A stretch of 64,000 bases of DNA from Chrysomallon squamiferum. Its lineage: Eukaryota; Animalia; Mollusca. The stretch's first letter is position 1; the number at the start of each line of letters is the position of its first letter. Location of the stretch: positions 3,658,001-3,722,000 of the forward strand of contig CM022675.1 of NCBI GenBank assembly GCA_012295275.1, in the 5' to 3' direction. This document shows, piece by piece, positions 13,802 through 27,453 of this stretch. Position numbers and translations under genes: made by a program. A model generated the notes under the pieces. The model saw nothing but the letters and a program-made list of their open reading frames with translations, searched no databases and was not told the origin of the DNA.

Positions 13802-14563
13802 GGTAGTGGTAGTAGTAGTAGTAGTAATAATGGTGGTAGTAGTATCAAAGGCACTTATATTCGTTAGTGCAATGAAAATGACGCTATTGTTATTAATATT
13901 AATTATACTTGAAGTAATTGTAGTAGTAGTTTGGCAATAGTACTGGTATAATAGCACTAGTAATAGCAAAAAAAAGTAGTAGTTGTAGTAGAAGTAGTAG
14001 GAGAAAGAGTAGTACTAATAGCAGTAATCGTAACAGTAAAATATTATTTGTTGTAGGAATTTTAACAGATGTAATCATTGTTATTATTCTTCACGTCGTC
14101 CAGTTATTTAATATCTTTATTAAAAATGAGCAATGATTATATCGTTATGTTCGACAAGAAACTGGTTCTGCATAACAAATCGCTTCTCGGGCAAGTGACA
14201 ACAGTTATTGTAAAAGCCGTGAACATCACAGAACAGCTGCGGTTTTTTTTTTTTCCATGCTGTGTACAAAATGGCGAATTTTCCTAGAGCTTTAAGGATG
14301 TGTGCACATTATTTTCACTATGCATTTGTCAATGCAGAAATTCTCGGAAATACTTCGCACTAAGCCGACAGTGATCGCAAGAATACGCTCCTTTTAAATA
14401 CAGGACAAGGTCGATGTGATGACGTCACTGGATCGACCTCAATTTGAAAAGGTTCCCCCGTTAGTTTCCCGATCTAAGCAATTTCAGAAACTAATCCCCG
14501 CCCATCTGACGAGAGGATGTGACTAAAACTATATTTCCATACATTATTTTTCACGTTCTAGAC

Positions 14564-14821
14564 CAGTCATGGGCAAAACAGCGGCCCGCGTGGCTATTTG
14601 AGTTGCCGCCTAATTACACAAGCAAAATAACGTTAATTCAAATTTTATAAAATGTCTATTTTGTATCTACTAATATACTAAAACACATGTATTATTTTTT
14701 TTTAAATTATTATAACTGTTCCTGAAGTAAATAAAAATGAAAAATTTCTTAAAATAAACTCGCCTGAAGATGAGACATGTCTCATGTGGCCTGCTTCTCG
14801 AAAAAATGTTGCCCATGCCTG
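14564..14821. mobile_element. Non-autonomous hAT (Charlie-like) MITE, 258 bp
   Basis: TIRs CAGTCATGGGCAA / TTGCCCATGCCTG (12/13 match), subterminal GCGGCCCGCG, and an 8-bp TSD TTCTAGAC (14556-14563) / TTCTGGAC (14822-14829) fitting the NTCTAGAN target preference. Confidence 0.85.
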
Positions 14822-15449
14822 TTCTGGACAATTTCATCGAAGTTATGTGTGCATTTAAAGAAAGGAAAAAACAAAAACAGAAATAATGATGTCATCTCTT
14901 TAAAGCTTAATACGTTCGTTATTCTCCCATTTAAACCGATTGCATCACAATAATACTAGACCAAAGTTTCTGTAGATGATGTGGGCTTCTTCTCGATTCG
15001 GTAGCTATAACTTTACTAAATACGTAATTACTGCTTACTGATGGTCTCAGCAAATCGACCTTTCAAAACGTACTTTTCAAACACCGAAAGTTTAAGCCCG
15101 CCTGCCTTGAACATGTAAAAATTTGGGTCGTCTGCTCATGATGGTGACATTTTAATGGAAAATTAATTAGTTAAAAAAGAGGTTACTGGTTTGTTAGGTA
15201 TAGAGAACGTTTTAAAAAAGATCAAGAATAATGTGCTGAACTGATGTTAGACATAACACATCACAGGTTTAAATCTCCTGTACCATACGTCCCAAGCCAC
15301 GTTTATCTTAGATGTCCATGGGAAGGTGAAGACAGACGTATCTTCCTGCTAACCAAAAAATGAATAGATGCATGAACACAGATTTCCTCTCGCATTATCT
15401 TTTTTTTTTTTAAATATATTATTAATTAATTAATTAATTAATTAATATG

Positions 15450-15473
<24 letters not shown>

Positions 15474-15487
<14 letters not shown>

Positions 15488-17336
15488 TACAATGCCATTA
15501 TCATAGAAAAAAAAAAAAATGTCATAACGTTAAATAAAATATTTCTTTCTTCTGATCCTGCCTTTATCGCTATTCGAACCCAGATCCTACTAGGATTTGA
15601 ATGCAGCGCTGTTGCCTGATTTGATCCGAGATCTCATTAAACAAACAGGTCTGAAAATGAATTATTCTGTAAAAACAGTAAGACCGCGTATTTCTAATTA
15701 CATTTAGACTCGTTTTCATTGCAAGTTCTCCTACCGATCTATATTATTCCAAAACCTGTATTTGGACGAGTCCATTATTAACTGAGGTGAGATGGGATTT
15801 CGATATATTTAGGCGACTCGTGAAAGGAACAGAAACGGTTGCTCGGTGTCGGAACGCTTAATGTTGAGAGAACACAACTGTATAAACAAGAATTCGATTT
15901 ACCTTGTCCAAAATGATAAAATTATGTTTTGTTTCAAACAACAACAAAAAGATCCTATGTGTTATAAACCTCTATGATGAGCTTTAGCGACGTAAAAAAA
16001 AAGAAAAAAAAAGAAGAAAAAAGTGATAATGAGGACTCTAATTGCAACAGCTTGGTTAAGTGGATTGCGGGCAGCTAAATTTATTTCTCTCTCTGAAATT
16101 ATTTAACGATAATTACAAATCTAAAAATATTGACAATGCATTACGAATGATGACATACATTAATTTTATTTTTGAATCTCACAACCATTATTCTATAATT
16201 TAATCTATTTAAATATATATATCCAGCAACAAAGCAGCTTTTACCTGTACTAAACTATTTTCTGAGCCCTGGTTGGAACGTGTTATTACCCACTGACAAA
16301 ATGTTGGTACTATTGAGAATTTAATGATTTATTATAGACATATGTTTCAAGTTATTCTTTATTGCCTGAAGTAAAAGTAATTTATTTCCATCATTTAAAC
16401 TTTCAAATAATATAGTCTAAAATTGTTTTATGAATTAAATATATGGTAATAACAATTTTTAAATTAATTTTGTTCTTAAATGCTGTTTGCCAGCTTTAGA
16501 AAAGTGTGTGTCCTTCTGTAGGCCATTTGTTCCAGTTGACTAAGAATTTAGTTAAAAAAAACGTGAGATCATAGCTTGAGATAGTTTGCAGGGGAAGCAT
16601 TGCTTAGAGCAGACACAAAACAATGAATTTATAAATAGTTCTCATGTCACACATGGTCTTTAGAATTAAAACAAATCTTTGTTCCATAATGTATGATATT
16701 GTCTCGCAGTAAGAATATTTTGTACAAGAAACGTAACTGACCTTTGGTGAACTATTTACAAAACAAATGAGATATTATGATATGCCTACTCATGTTACCT
16801 GGGATATTTGTTATATTATGAATAAATATTAAGAAGGGTTAGAATGTAAGGAAGTAAGTAATGAAGGGTCCTAGGATCAACTCTCTTCACTGCAACCATT
16901 TCATCATTTCCATTCAAACCAACATCCCATGACTGGTTTATTCAAGTCTGTGTTGTTTTTGCTGTCGGTGAAGCTACCTATAAAAGATTCCTTACTGCTA
17001 ATCAGAAAAAGAATAATCCTCATACCTAGCCTGTTTTGTTCTTAACCACAAGCATAAATAATTCTAAATTTAAAATGTGTCGAATGTTTTGTTAACATAA
17101 ATTGACATCTGTGAGATTTATAACGGCCATGAAGTCCTTAAACAGATAACAACTGGTAAAAGTAGATTAAATAAAATATTTCTTTTATCATCAAGAAATC
17201 TATAACAAAGTTCCAACTAATTTTGAGGTCTGTAAAGAATAAAATGTATTATTATTATTATTCATACAATGCCATTATCATAGATATATAAAAAAATGTC
17301 ATAACGTTAAATAAAATATTTCTTTCTTCTGATCCT
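15474..17336. repeat. ~85-bp direct repeat pair 1.78 kb apart
   Basis: TTATTCATACAATGCCATTATCATAGA...ATGTCATAACGTTAAATAAAATATTTCTTTCTTCTGATCCT at about 15474-15559 and 17248-17336. Confidence 0.88.
16860..17110 (+). mobile_element. Degenerate SINE-like interspersed repeat
   Basis: ACTGGTTT...TATAAAAGATTCCTTACTGCTAATC is similar to the reverse complement of 26870-26950. It also resembles a tRNA-SINE I recall from gastropod assemblies (not verified by search). Confidence 0.5.
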
Positions 17337-20300
17337 ACATTTAAAGCAATGCTTCAGTATATTTTAATTTTTATTATCATCACGAGTTTAAAAATGACTT
17401 TATGATTGGCTAACAGTAAACAAGTTACCATATGTTTTGACCAACTGAACTTTGAATTTATTTTCTTCATTTTATAAAATTATTACCCAGTGTTTAATGT
17501 ATTCTGTCTGCCAGACAGCACGCAATAAGGAAGTGAAACATCATTTCAAGTAAGCGTTAATTTTTTATTTTTTTTATTTTTATTTATAGCATGGATGGAT
17601 GCAAGTCACAAAGATCTAAGCAGGGAGTAGTCATAAAACTTTCTGTCGGATATATTTATCTGCAGATTCATGAAAAATATTCAAGCAGAACTATATAGAA
17701 ATGTTTTCATAAAATTATCAGATGCAAATGACATGATTCATCTGCAGGTTGCTCTCGTCAAAATCAACATTTGTGGCTCCGTATCAGAACAGTGGTGTAT
17801 ATTTTAGTACCAGAAATATACTAAATTACTGAAACAGCTTGTAATTAGTTTAAAATTCAGACTGTATAACTATTCAAAATATGTGTCCAACAAATCTTTA
17901 AGTTTGCAGAAGGCAAAAATATAAACCTAAAATTAGTTTAACGTCCACCATTATCTCATTCTTTTATATGAATTGTTAAAGTTGGCCTAAAATAAAGTTA
18001 AAAGTCTGAATTCTGGGTTAAAAAGTTACTTACTGGGCATGTTAAACATTTGCCCATGTTTATTAAGATGGAAATAATTGAGTGAGAATGTTCTGAGCAG
18101 TAACTTGTGACAAAACAGATCTTGTTTTCTATAAAAAAAAATATACCCAATAATTTTTTTTTTTACAAAAATACATCTAATTAAACCTGCTGATGACTAA
18201 AATTTTCAGTTTCTACAGTTGTTTATTTTCTAAAAGACTGCTTCATCTACCAATCACTGCTAAAATTCAAACTTTTTTAAAATTTCTGTGTAGAAGAAGA
18301 AATAGCTGAAAAATAAACTTGTAAAATCTGAACATTTCAGGTCACTTGGACTGGCCAAAAATATTTTTGTCTTCTGACAACAGCCATTTCCCAGCCCAGT
18401 GTTGTAGAAATTAATTTACTTAATATACCCAGCAACAGACTGATAATACTGTTAGTAATCTGAACATGTCACTGTTTTTTTTAAATCTGATATATTTATA
18501 TTGCATCAGTGACCATAACCTGTGACGAGATATTTGAGAAATACGTCACAAAATTCTCTTCCTCCACAGTAACATATATAATATTTGAAAGATACACTGT
18601 TAGTTTACTTTTCTTACCTAACCTCATACAAGACTATTATTAAATACAACTTAAAAACAACCAGCTATTCCACATCACAGTAAACTGTAACTGGCAATGA
18701 ACTGTGGCTTAATCTAAGTGGACAACACAAGGTCAAAAGAGTTGCTTCCCTTTATAGTACATTCTCACACTAGGCAACCAAACAAAAAAAAAGTTTATAA
18801 AATTTAAAAAAATGAAGGGAAAAACAAGAGAGAAGATAAAGTTCTGTAATATAACAATGTATATTAAAAAACAAACAAAAAAAACCCAAAACTTTTTCTT
18901 CATTTTTTAAAAACATTTTCAGTACACAAATGCCAGTTTTGACCAAAATCTGAAGTTTAGTCCATTTCCAAGTACATTTTATTTAAAATAAGTAAGAAAT
19001 AAAAAATATTTTAATAAAGAAATAAAATAATGAACACAACACCAAATTGATTGCTTTTTTTTTTCACAAAAAGTTTAATACATTTTTTACAATATTTTTT
19101 TCAGTTTTAATGCCATTTTTTTAAACATTTTGCAGTAACATACTGAGGAAGTTATATAATAATAAGAATAATAATTAAAATATAATTAGTTTACAAAAAA
19201 ATAAGAATATCTGCTTTTGACATTTCAGTATAGTAGCAATTACTAGGAATATTAAAACAAATTTTATTTCTTGTCACACATTACCAAAATGTTATTTTCT
19301 AAAACAAATTTTGCTTTATATTTGCAAACCCCACCCCCTTTTTATTTGTACCCATTGGAGGATCAACTCTGGACTGAGGGATCATCTCTTTTCTAATATT
19401 TCAAAGGTTACTTTCTCATCTAATCATTATACAAAACATTTAATATATGGAGACCATAAGAAAAATTGTTTTCTAATTTATTGATTTATTATTAACATAT
19501 TTCAAGAGTTTCAGAATAATCTGTCATTACCTTTGTACAAATACCTATCTATCTTTCTTCACTAGATATCACACAGTTTAATATTTCATATTAATTTATT
19601 TCTTAGGAAGAACACCAACATTTAATTATTTTTAAATGTGAGGTATTATTTTAGAAAAACCACATCGAATGTTTGCTTTGTTGCATTTTTTGTTTTCTTT
19701 TCTAACCAGTATCTTTAGTCGAAGCATTATATTATGCAGATATGCATTTGCATTTGTTCAGTTTACTGATAAACAACAAATTTCCATTAAAATTATTCGG
19801 ACAAATAAAAATAAAAAAATATTGGAAAAAACAAACTGATTACTGAATGCTGCCATCTTTTCTGACAATATCCAACTGAGATAAGAGATCTTATTTTAGA
19901 GATAAATATAGATAAGTATACTGTTAATTTCTGTAAGAAAGAAAAAATATATATTACTAATAAACAATAAAAAAAAAATGAAATAAATTTTAATAATCTG
20001 TAAATAAAAAAAGTTGATATTCTAAATAACCGCTTACTTTAAAGCATTTTTGACTCTTTTTCAGATTTAATTTTATTTTTTAATTTTTTTTTTTGCAACT
20101 GTAAATGGTTGCTTTTTTTTTTTTCTCTAAATATTTTATAGAACAATAGAGAATAACAACAACAAGGATAAAAATCTCCTACATGCCTACAATAATATTT
20201 CATCAAATTGAAAAAGGAAAGACAGTGGCAATAAATTTCCACAAATATGTGCATATAAATTTGTAAAAAAATAATTTCAATTGGCTATAAATGCAAAAAG

Positions 20301-20938
20301 AAAACGACTTACTTACACATTTAATAAATGAGACCTGATTTTGTATTTCACTCGCAGTTGAACATGATAACAGTGCCATCTTGGAATGATACATATTAAA
20401 ATATTTTATGCACATAATTTGCTTTACAATCTTGACATCAAATTCTTTCCCTTTTCAAATTATTCTCAAATCAAATGCAACAACAAAATGCCCTGGACAA
20501 TGTAGTAACAAACAAGTGTGACTGTATGTATGTATGTATGTATTATGAAGAAACTAAATGAAGTGTAACCCAAGATGAACTCCCCTCCAAGAATCGGTGG
20601 TTATACCACTTGCCAACTTTGGAAGACAATATGATCTATAGGGTAACTTGATTACAAATATACGATTTTTGTTTTGTTTTATACAAACGTTTTTGGAGAG
20701 AGAAAAATACATGTCACATTACTAGTCTTTAACAAATACGAAGTGTTACTAAATGAACATTTGTAACACAAGTGAATTATGTATTATAGCATTTACAACT
20801 GTCTTACAATAATCACTGAAAACCTGTCACCCTCATCCAATAATGGATCAAACCGTTATGCCAAAAGTCGGTCAATTCCGTAGAGGTTGGTCTTGATTTT
20901 TCGGGTGTCAACAAAACACTGTCGATGCCGAGATGTAC

Positions 20939-21778
20939 TTACGTCCTCGCCTGCAGTCGATTCATTTTTAATTTTAATTCATTGTTTTCTTCTCTAAGCA
21001 GTTTTATTTCATCCGAAATGCCATCAACCCCACTGACATCCAACCGATCGTCTCCACTGCTGCTACCACCACAAGAACTGTCACTTTGGGTTTTTAAAGA
21101 TTTGTATTCCGCAAGCTTACGTTCCAAACTTTCAACTTTTCTCTCCATTGCTAAATACTCGGCGATTAACTGTTCTTTTGTCATAGTCTGCAGTCGCTCG
21201 GCGTTTATATTGTCGTAAGTTTCAGAAAATTCTTTTGCTAAAAACATGTCACCTTCATCTTCGGGCGACTCGTAGGACCGTTCATCCGAGCTGTCGGCAC
21301 CCATACTTCCAAGAGAACCATCTTTTCCACTTGGGCGTTTGTTATTCACATCCTCAACCTGCGATTTTAAATCAGGTGATGCTTCGCAGTTTATGTGATC
21401 ATCAATCAAAAACTGTGTTGTGTTGTAAGGTGCTACTGGATGACCTGATGCAAATGCTTTTTGTCTTTTTATATTTGCCTGCTCTGTCTCTCGATCTTCA
21501 AGTTCTTTTCTTTCTGGCCAGGTTAATTTGTTGTATGGTTTCCACTTCCGATGATTTAGTCCTCCCTTGTGTTTGCCTCGACGTCGTTTTTTCTTTTTTC
21601 CAGCTGGACAGTTTGTACTATCCGAGTCTGTTCCGTCCTGCGCCTCACAATCAACTCCGGTTTGTTTAGATTCGAGATCTCCATCATTAGACCTGTTAAA
21701 TTCGTATTTGTCACTTTGGTAACAAAAGTCATTTTCACTTTTGTCATCAATGTCAACCGTTGAAAATTCCACTTCCAT
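20939..21778 (-). CDS. HEXIM1: HEXIM P-TEFb inhibitor / 7SK snRNP protein, single coding exon, 279 aa
   Basis: The ORF contains the basic 7SK-binding region KKKKRRRGKHK...RKWKPYNKLTW, the PYNT motif (GHPVAPYNTTQFLIDDH), acidic ...EFSETY and a C-terminal coiled coil (KEQLIAEYLAMERKV...LLREENNELK). The ORF track starts at a GTG (21784); the first ATG is at 21778 in strong context (ACGATGG). It is probably the invertebrate co-orthologue of HEXIM1/2. Confidence 0.95.
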   Translation of the reverse strand: MEVEFSTVDIDDKSENDFCYQSDKYEFNRSNDGDLESKQTGVDCEAQDGTDSDSTNCPAGKKKKRRRGKHKGGLNHRKWKPYNKLTWPERKELEDRETEQANIKRQKAFASGHPVAPYNTTQFLIDDHINCEASPDLKSQVEDVNNKRPSGKDGSLGSMGADSSDERSYESPEDEGDMFLAKEFSETYDNINAERLQTMTKEQLIAEYLAMERKVESLERKLAEYKSLKTQSDSSCGGSSSGDDRLDVSGVDGISDEIKLLREENNELKLKMNRLQART

Positions 21779-21890
21779 CGTCACTTGGATTCCAGTAAAA
21801 ATCTATCTTGCCGGTTACAGTATAATGATAATGACCAAATGTCTGACTTCTCATCATAAGCGAGAATACTTCTTTGCCAGCTATTTGGCT

Positions 21891-21927
21891 GACTGACAAC
21901 CTGCACACGCGAGGTTCATTATTTATA
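21891..21927 (-). promoter_or_regulatory. Putative HEXIM core promoter: TATA box plus initiator
   Basis: Minus-strand TATAAATA at 21927-21920 and TCAGTC (Inr-like, +1 A at 21894) 33 nt downstream, 116 nt upstream of the ATG. Motif match only. Confidence 0.5.
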
Positions 21928-23403
21928 GTGCACCAGTCAGTGTTCTTTCGCGATACAACATAAACACCCCATATCGAAAATCCGACATATTTGTATATTT
22001 CTAGACACTTGCACGTCGAACTTTGCTTATTATACAAATTATTAACAATGTTTCTATGTTGTCTCCTGTCAGATAATTACGAATACTCTTTACTTTTTCA
22101 AAATCAACCTAAATTATGTGAATGAAATTTATTATAGTATTCATCCGCGAAGAAAACAGATTTCCAAGAGAGTTAACTCTATCTGCGGTCATGCTTGTCA
22201 GCTATAAATAATTTTCTTTCCTTTAGCTGTATTGTGTTTAACCGTACTCGTCTACTCCAGTCACTTCTGCTATTACTACTACTACTACTACAACAACTAC
22301 TACAAATAATAATAATTATAAATAAATAAATAAAAACAACATAAACAAAAACAAAAACAAAACAGATATTAATTACGTTTATTATTATTCTTTCCTAAAA
22401 AGCGACTCTTATAATTTAAATCTACAATAGTAAAAATAACTGATCGTAATACAAAATTATAGTAGTGGTTATTTGGAGTAGGAGCAACAGTAATAGTAGC
22501 AATAGTATACTTATAGCAATAAAATGTAGAAATAACATTCATTTTTTAATATTCTTTCTCATGTTTTAAGAGCTCGAGTTAAAGTACATACAAATACGTG
22601 GGGCATGCCTGATACATAAGTATGATGTTATTTATTTTGATATTTTTGGTAATTATAAATATTCTATTATGAATTGTGGGGGTGGGGGAAATGTATTTCC
22701 GTCTAAATAACGCCTTGGTAAGATATGGTTTATCAGCTTAATGTTTGTTTGTAGGGTCTATATTTAGATGTAGATTTTAAATGCTAACCCCTAGCGTTAA
22801 CACCATTAAAAGTTTCAATATAATTTGTTTGAAAACTAATAATGAAATTGGATATCTGTTTTCTTGTCTTGAATTTGAAACCACGTTCCAATAATCTAAT
22901 AACTCAAACCATGAATAACAGCCCTCAAAATATATAATTTAAAAAAAAAAAAATAATAATTAAATAAAAAAAAATTAATGACCAAACAAAAACTCAAAAA
23001 AACAACAACCAAAAAAAAAAAAAAAATAAAAAAAATAAATACATAAATAAAAAAAATAAATAATAAATAAATAAATAAAAATAAATTAAGAATTTAAAAA
23101 ATTTTAAATTTAAAAAAATAAAAATTTAAATTCCCGATTGGAAATCCTGCCCATTAAAAATTTCCTCCTTCATTTTGAAACTAAGGAAAAATGAACGAAA
23201 AATAGCTTAGTCATGTTTCTTATTCTCCTTCCCTATGAGAAATTTTTAGAAAATGAAACTATAAATAAGTATTTACAAAAGCGCTTCGAAAAAGGTTACA
23301 CAAGACACTTTATTATTCTTTCATTCACAATACAATATTTTCTGGACGATAAAATATCTACTTATTCACTTTATATGAAATAAACCATGACATAAATTAC
23401 GAT

Positions 23404-23448
<45 letters not shown>

Positions 23449-24168
23449 AATAATAATAATAATAAAATACAGGAATAAAATGTTCAGTCTCAAACATATT
23501 TAATTATATTTGGATCTGTGAATTTTTTTGTTTTTGTTTTTTGTTTTGTTAAAAAAAAAAAAAAAAAAAAAAACACTAAGAAATTTTATGTTTATATTTA
23601 TTTGTACTTAGCATTTTAGGTAATTGTTTTTCTAGTCGATGGGACATGACGTGAGTCTAAACATTACTTTGTTCCAGTTTTACAGTTACAAGTAATTGTA
23701 AGCTGCAATGAATGGATAATATTTTTATTTATTTGTTTTAATTTGGAATGAAATATGTGGATTTTGTACAGTTATGACTTAAGAGAAGTACCGCCATTTA
23801 AAAAAAAAAAAAATAATCGATTAATAACATGCGAATACATATAAATGCGCGCTCACAAACACAATATAATAATAATAATAATTATGATGATGATGATGAT
23901 AATTCTAATCGTCACTTCCTCTGAGTATTTTTGGAAAATGCAGTGGCATTCTAAACACTTTCAAAACAGTAATAGTACAATTACTGAAAACTAAAATTAT
24001 TAATTAAATGAAAACTGGTATTCAGTAACACTGGAGCACATTTCCATTTGAAAATATTTCATTTATCCAAGGCATAAACATATACGCGTTATTATACGAA
24101 AAAAAAAAAATTCGCTGCCATGTCTTTTAGTTACAAATTAATTCCACAGGATTATTATTATGATTATG

Positions 24169-24220
<52 letters not shown>

Positions 24221-24268
24221 TATTATTATTATTATTATTTTGAATTAAGACTAAACATGGCCTTTGAA

Positions 24269-24301
<33 letters not shown>

Positions 24302-24340
24302 TGATAATAAAAAATATAGAAAAAAAAAATAAAAAAACTG

Positions 24341-24405
<65 letters not shown>

Positions 24406-25759
24406 CACAAACACAAACACACTGAGAGCGTCATGAATACATTGCCCGGAAATATTAACTTTTTTCCAGACTGATAACCACAGTAAGATAATACTACATA
24501 TCTGTAAACATATTCAGACTTGACTATTCTTTTCTAGATGTATGACTGCTGTTTATAAATAAAATGTGACTGAATTACGTAATTCTCTAAATATACTTTA
24601 TAATTTAAATCAAGAATGCAGACAATATTCTAAAGCGGAATGTCTGTAGCACGAACTTTTACAAGGGTGGATCCACAGTTCTAGAGGCGGGGGGGGGCGA
24701 TGTCATTGTGATGACCTTCATGATCAAAATGAAATCTATTTATTTAATAAAACAAACAAACAAAAATTTACATAATATTGGGTGTCCCCTTTATTCATAC
24801 ATGCAGAGAAAAAGTCGAAAACAGACGCCATTTTAACGATGTAAACATAAATAAAGTACAGACAGAGGACGTTCATAATATAAAAGAGTTCTTTTTAAAG
24901 AAGAACATTAGTTACAACTGGATGAAGCCAGATAAATCCTTCTCTTTTTGATATGCGTAATAAATATATTTGTGAAGATGTCGATATTGTGATAATAATC
25001 ACCTTTTAGCCTCGAGACAACCTTGACTTGGACTCGTCCCAAAATGAAAATTCTGCTCCTTGCACAAGCATAGAAAATAGTACAAATGAGGCTCCATAAG
25101 CTAAAAAAAAAAAAAAAAAAAAAAAGAAAAGAAAAAGAAAGAAAAAAAAAGAAGAAAAAAAAAAAGATTTTTTTTTTTAAAAAGATGTGAGAACGATAAC
25201 AAAAGAATTATTATAGGATAATAATAATAATAAACAACATTTTCCCCATCAAACAGAACAAACTCCGTCTCTAAATAACTTTTAAAATAAATAAATAAAT
25301 AATAACCAGCTACCATAACAGGACAGAATTATACAGTTTAAAAATAGGAAGAGGAATTAGTGAAACGAAATCTCATTATGTAAATAAATTTAAATTTAGA
25401 CTGGACAGAGAAATCGATTTCTGCTTTTTTTTTTTTTTTTTTGTTTTCATCCCCTTTTCCATTTATGGTAAAGTTGTAAAACACGAGACTCGAGATTTTT
25501 ATTTCTTTAATTTTTAATTTTTAATTATTTTATTTTTTGTTGTATTTATTGATTTATTTATTTGTAATAATAATAATTTAAAAAAAAAAAAAAAAAAAAA
25601 AAACAACAACAGTAAAAATGTATTATTTCAGAAATAACCGAATAAAGCTTTTTTAAGGACAAAATACCAAATAAGTGAGATGTATTTCTGAGCTAGTTCA
25701 CTCACTTGCTCACTAGATAACTGCTCCCATGCAGCCATTAACACCCAGAAACAGACACG

Positions 25760-25950
25760 AAAAAACATATTTTATTTATTGATACACGCGACACATTTTA
25801 AATCTGTGACGTCACACCATGGTCATGGATGATGTGTTAAGAAGTGAAGGGACCACATTGTCTTCTCTTTTAACAGCTAGATTTTTTTAAACTACATCTT
25901 TCAACAGATAGAAGAAAACATTCTGCAGTCTTTGATAATCCAGTCCTAGT
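25760..25950 (-). mobile_element. Highly decayed SINE-like repeat
   Basis: Same order of blocks as the 26745 copy (TATTT..A tail, ACACATTTTA, CTCTTTT..CAGC, TTTGATAATCCAGT). Eyeball alignment only. Confidence 0.35.
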
Positions 25951-26744
25951 TATAAGATAGTCTTATGTGTTGGCTATGTCTTGGCTACTACAGCTACTGT
26001 ATCACTGCAACAACTACAACAACTAATATTTCAGAAACAACTATTGTTACTACCACAACAACTAGTACTACTACTGCTAATAATAATAATATCACTACTA
26101 CTACTAATAAAAAAATCAAAAAAAAAAAAAACAACAGTATATACGAAAAACCAGTTGTTGTAATAAAAAATTTAGTTGTAGTAGTAGCAGTTGTTGTAAT
26201 AGCAGTAGAAGTAGAAGCTGTAATAATAAAATAATAAAATGTAGTAGTAGTAGAAGCAGCAGCAGTAATAGTGGTAGTAGTGGATGTAGTTGTAACAGAA
26301 GCAGTAATAATAGGAATAATCTAAATAGCTGCAATAATTATAATAGCTGTGATAAGAAAAGAAAATTAAAAACAAAAATGAGGTTTAAAAAATGATATTA
26401 AAAAAACAACAAAAAACAACTAATTGTAGATTTTCCAGTCAGGTTGTAAACTGAAAAAAAAAATCACATTAAAATGAAAACATAACAGTAAATTTATTTG
26501 GTTTCTGATTTAATCTATATCCTAGGGACAGTTTATTTTTAAAATTTTTAAATTTTTTTTATTTCTAAGTGTCAAATGTGCTGAAGGGTTTTATCATAAA
26601 AGTCTAAATTCGTGTATTCACTTTATACCTAACTCCAGCCTTGGGTGGGAATGTAACACATTTCTTTATATTTTTTTTATCAACAATCTTGGATTACTCG
26701 ACTCAGAACAACAAATTACTTGCATATAATCCATCATTTGCACT

Positions 26745-26960
26745 CAGAAAAGATGAAATATATTTAATAATGCTGTCTATCCATTTTTAATCAAATTATT
26801 TGGCATCACACATACAGAAATAGATAGGAAACCTACTACTTCTCTGTGACAAAGTTATTCTCTTTTTTTTAATTACCAGCAAAGGCTCATTTGTATGCAC
26901 CCTACCATAAACAGTAAAACACATACAACAGCTTTTGACAAACCAGTAACTGGAAATTAC
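26745..26960 (-). mobile_element. Degenerate SINE-like repeat (same family as 16860)
   Basis: ATTACCAGCAAAGGCTCATTTGTATGCACC...CAGCTTTTGACAAACCAGT aligns by eye, antisense, to 16930-17003. Confidence 0.5.
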
Positions 26961-27412
26961 TAATCCATAATCTCCACAGATGGGGCAGTACTTGTCATGG
27001 TTTTTGATGCACCAGAAGGACCAGTAAGTCTCAGCCTAGCATTGATTGTTCAAGACAAAGTAAAGATGTGAGAGTTTTTGTGTTGGGATTTGTTCATAAA
27101 GATCAACTGTTAAAGATCAGACATGGCCAACTAAGGTTATCTGTTGTTAAAATAAAGCAAATCTTTGTATGATTTCAGTTTTGTATTGTTTAGAATAATA
27201 TAAATGTGTACATTTCAGTTTTCTGAAGTTTAGAACCTTGTTAAAATAATATAAATGTATATAATATAATACAAAAGTTTTCTAAAGTTTAGGATATGGT
27301 GAAAATAACTTGACTGTTTAAATGATTTTATTTGTATGTAAATCTGGTGTATTTATTATTAAATAAGGTTGAAGACAAAAAAAGCACACACTAACACTCT
27401 TTCTCTCACATG

Positions 27413-27453
<41 letters not shown>

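Noticed and set aside
14370-14525. Possible 7SK snRNA near HEXIM (several GATC motifs, GGATGTGA at ~14515)
   Set aside because: I could not build the paired GAUC 5' stem, the 3' stem or a Pol III promoter/terminator. The short matches are chance level. An Rfam cmscan would be decisive.
20925-21763. Plus-strand ORFs (97, 144, 64 aa) antisense to HEXIM
   Set aside because: Shadow ORFs of a GC-richer coding exon with no recognisable motifs.
21779-21784. GTG start given by the ORF track for HEXIM
   Set aside because: This is a eukaryotic gene, and an ATG in strong context lies two codons downstream (21778).
24660-24700. GGGTGGATCC...poly-G and its approximate mirror at ~61217-61256 as ends of one giant transposon
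   Set aside because: They are 36 kb apart, enclose two conserved host genes, match only ~11 nt and have no TSD. More likely independent fragments of a small MITE family.
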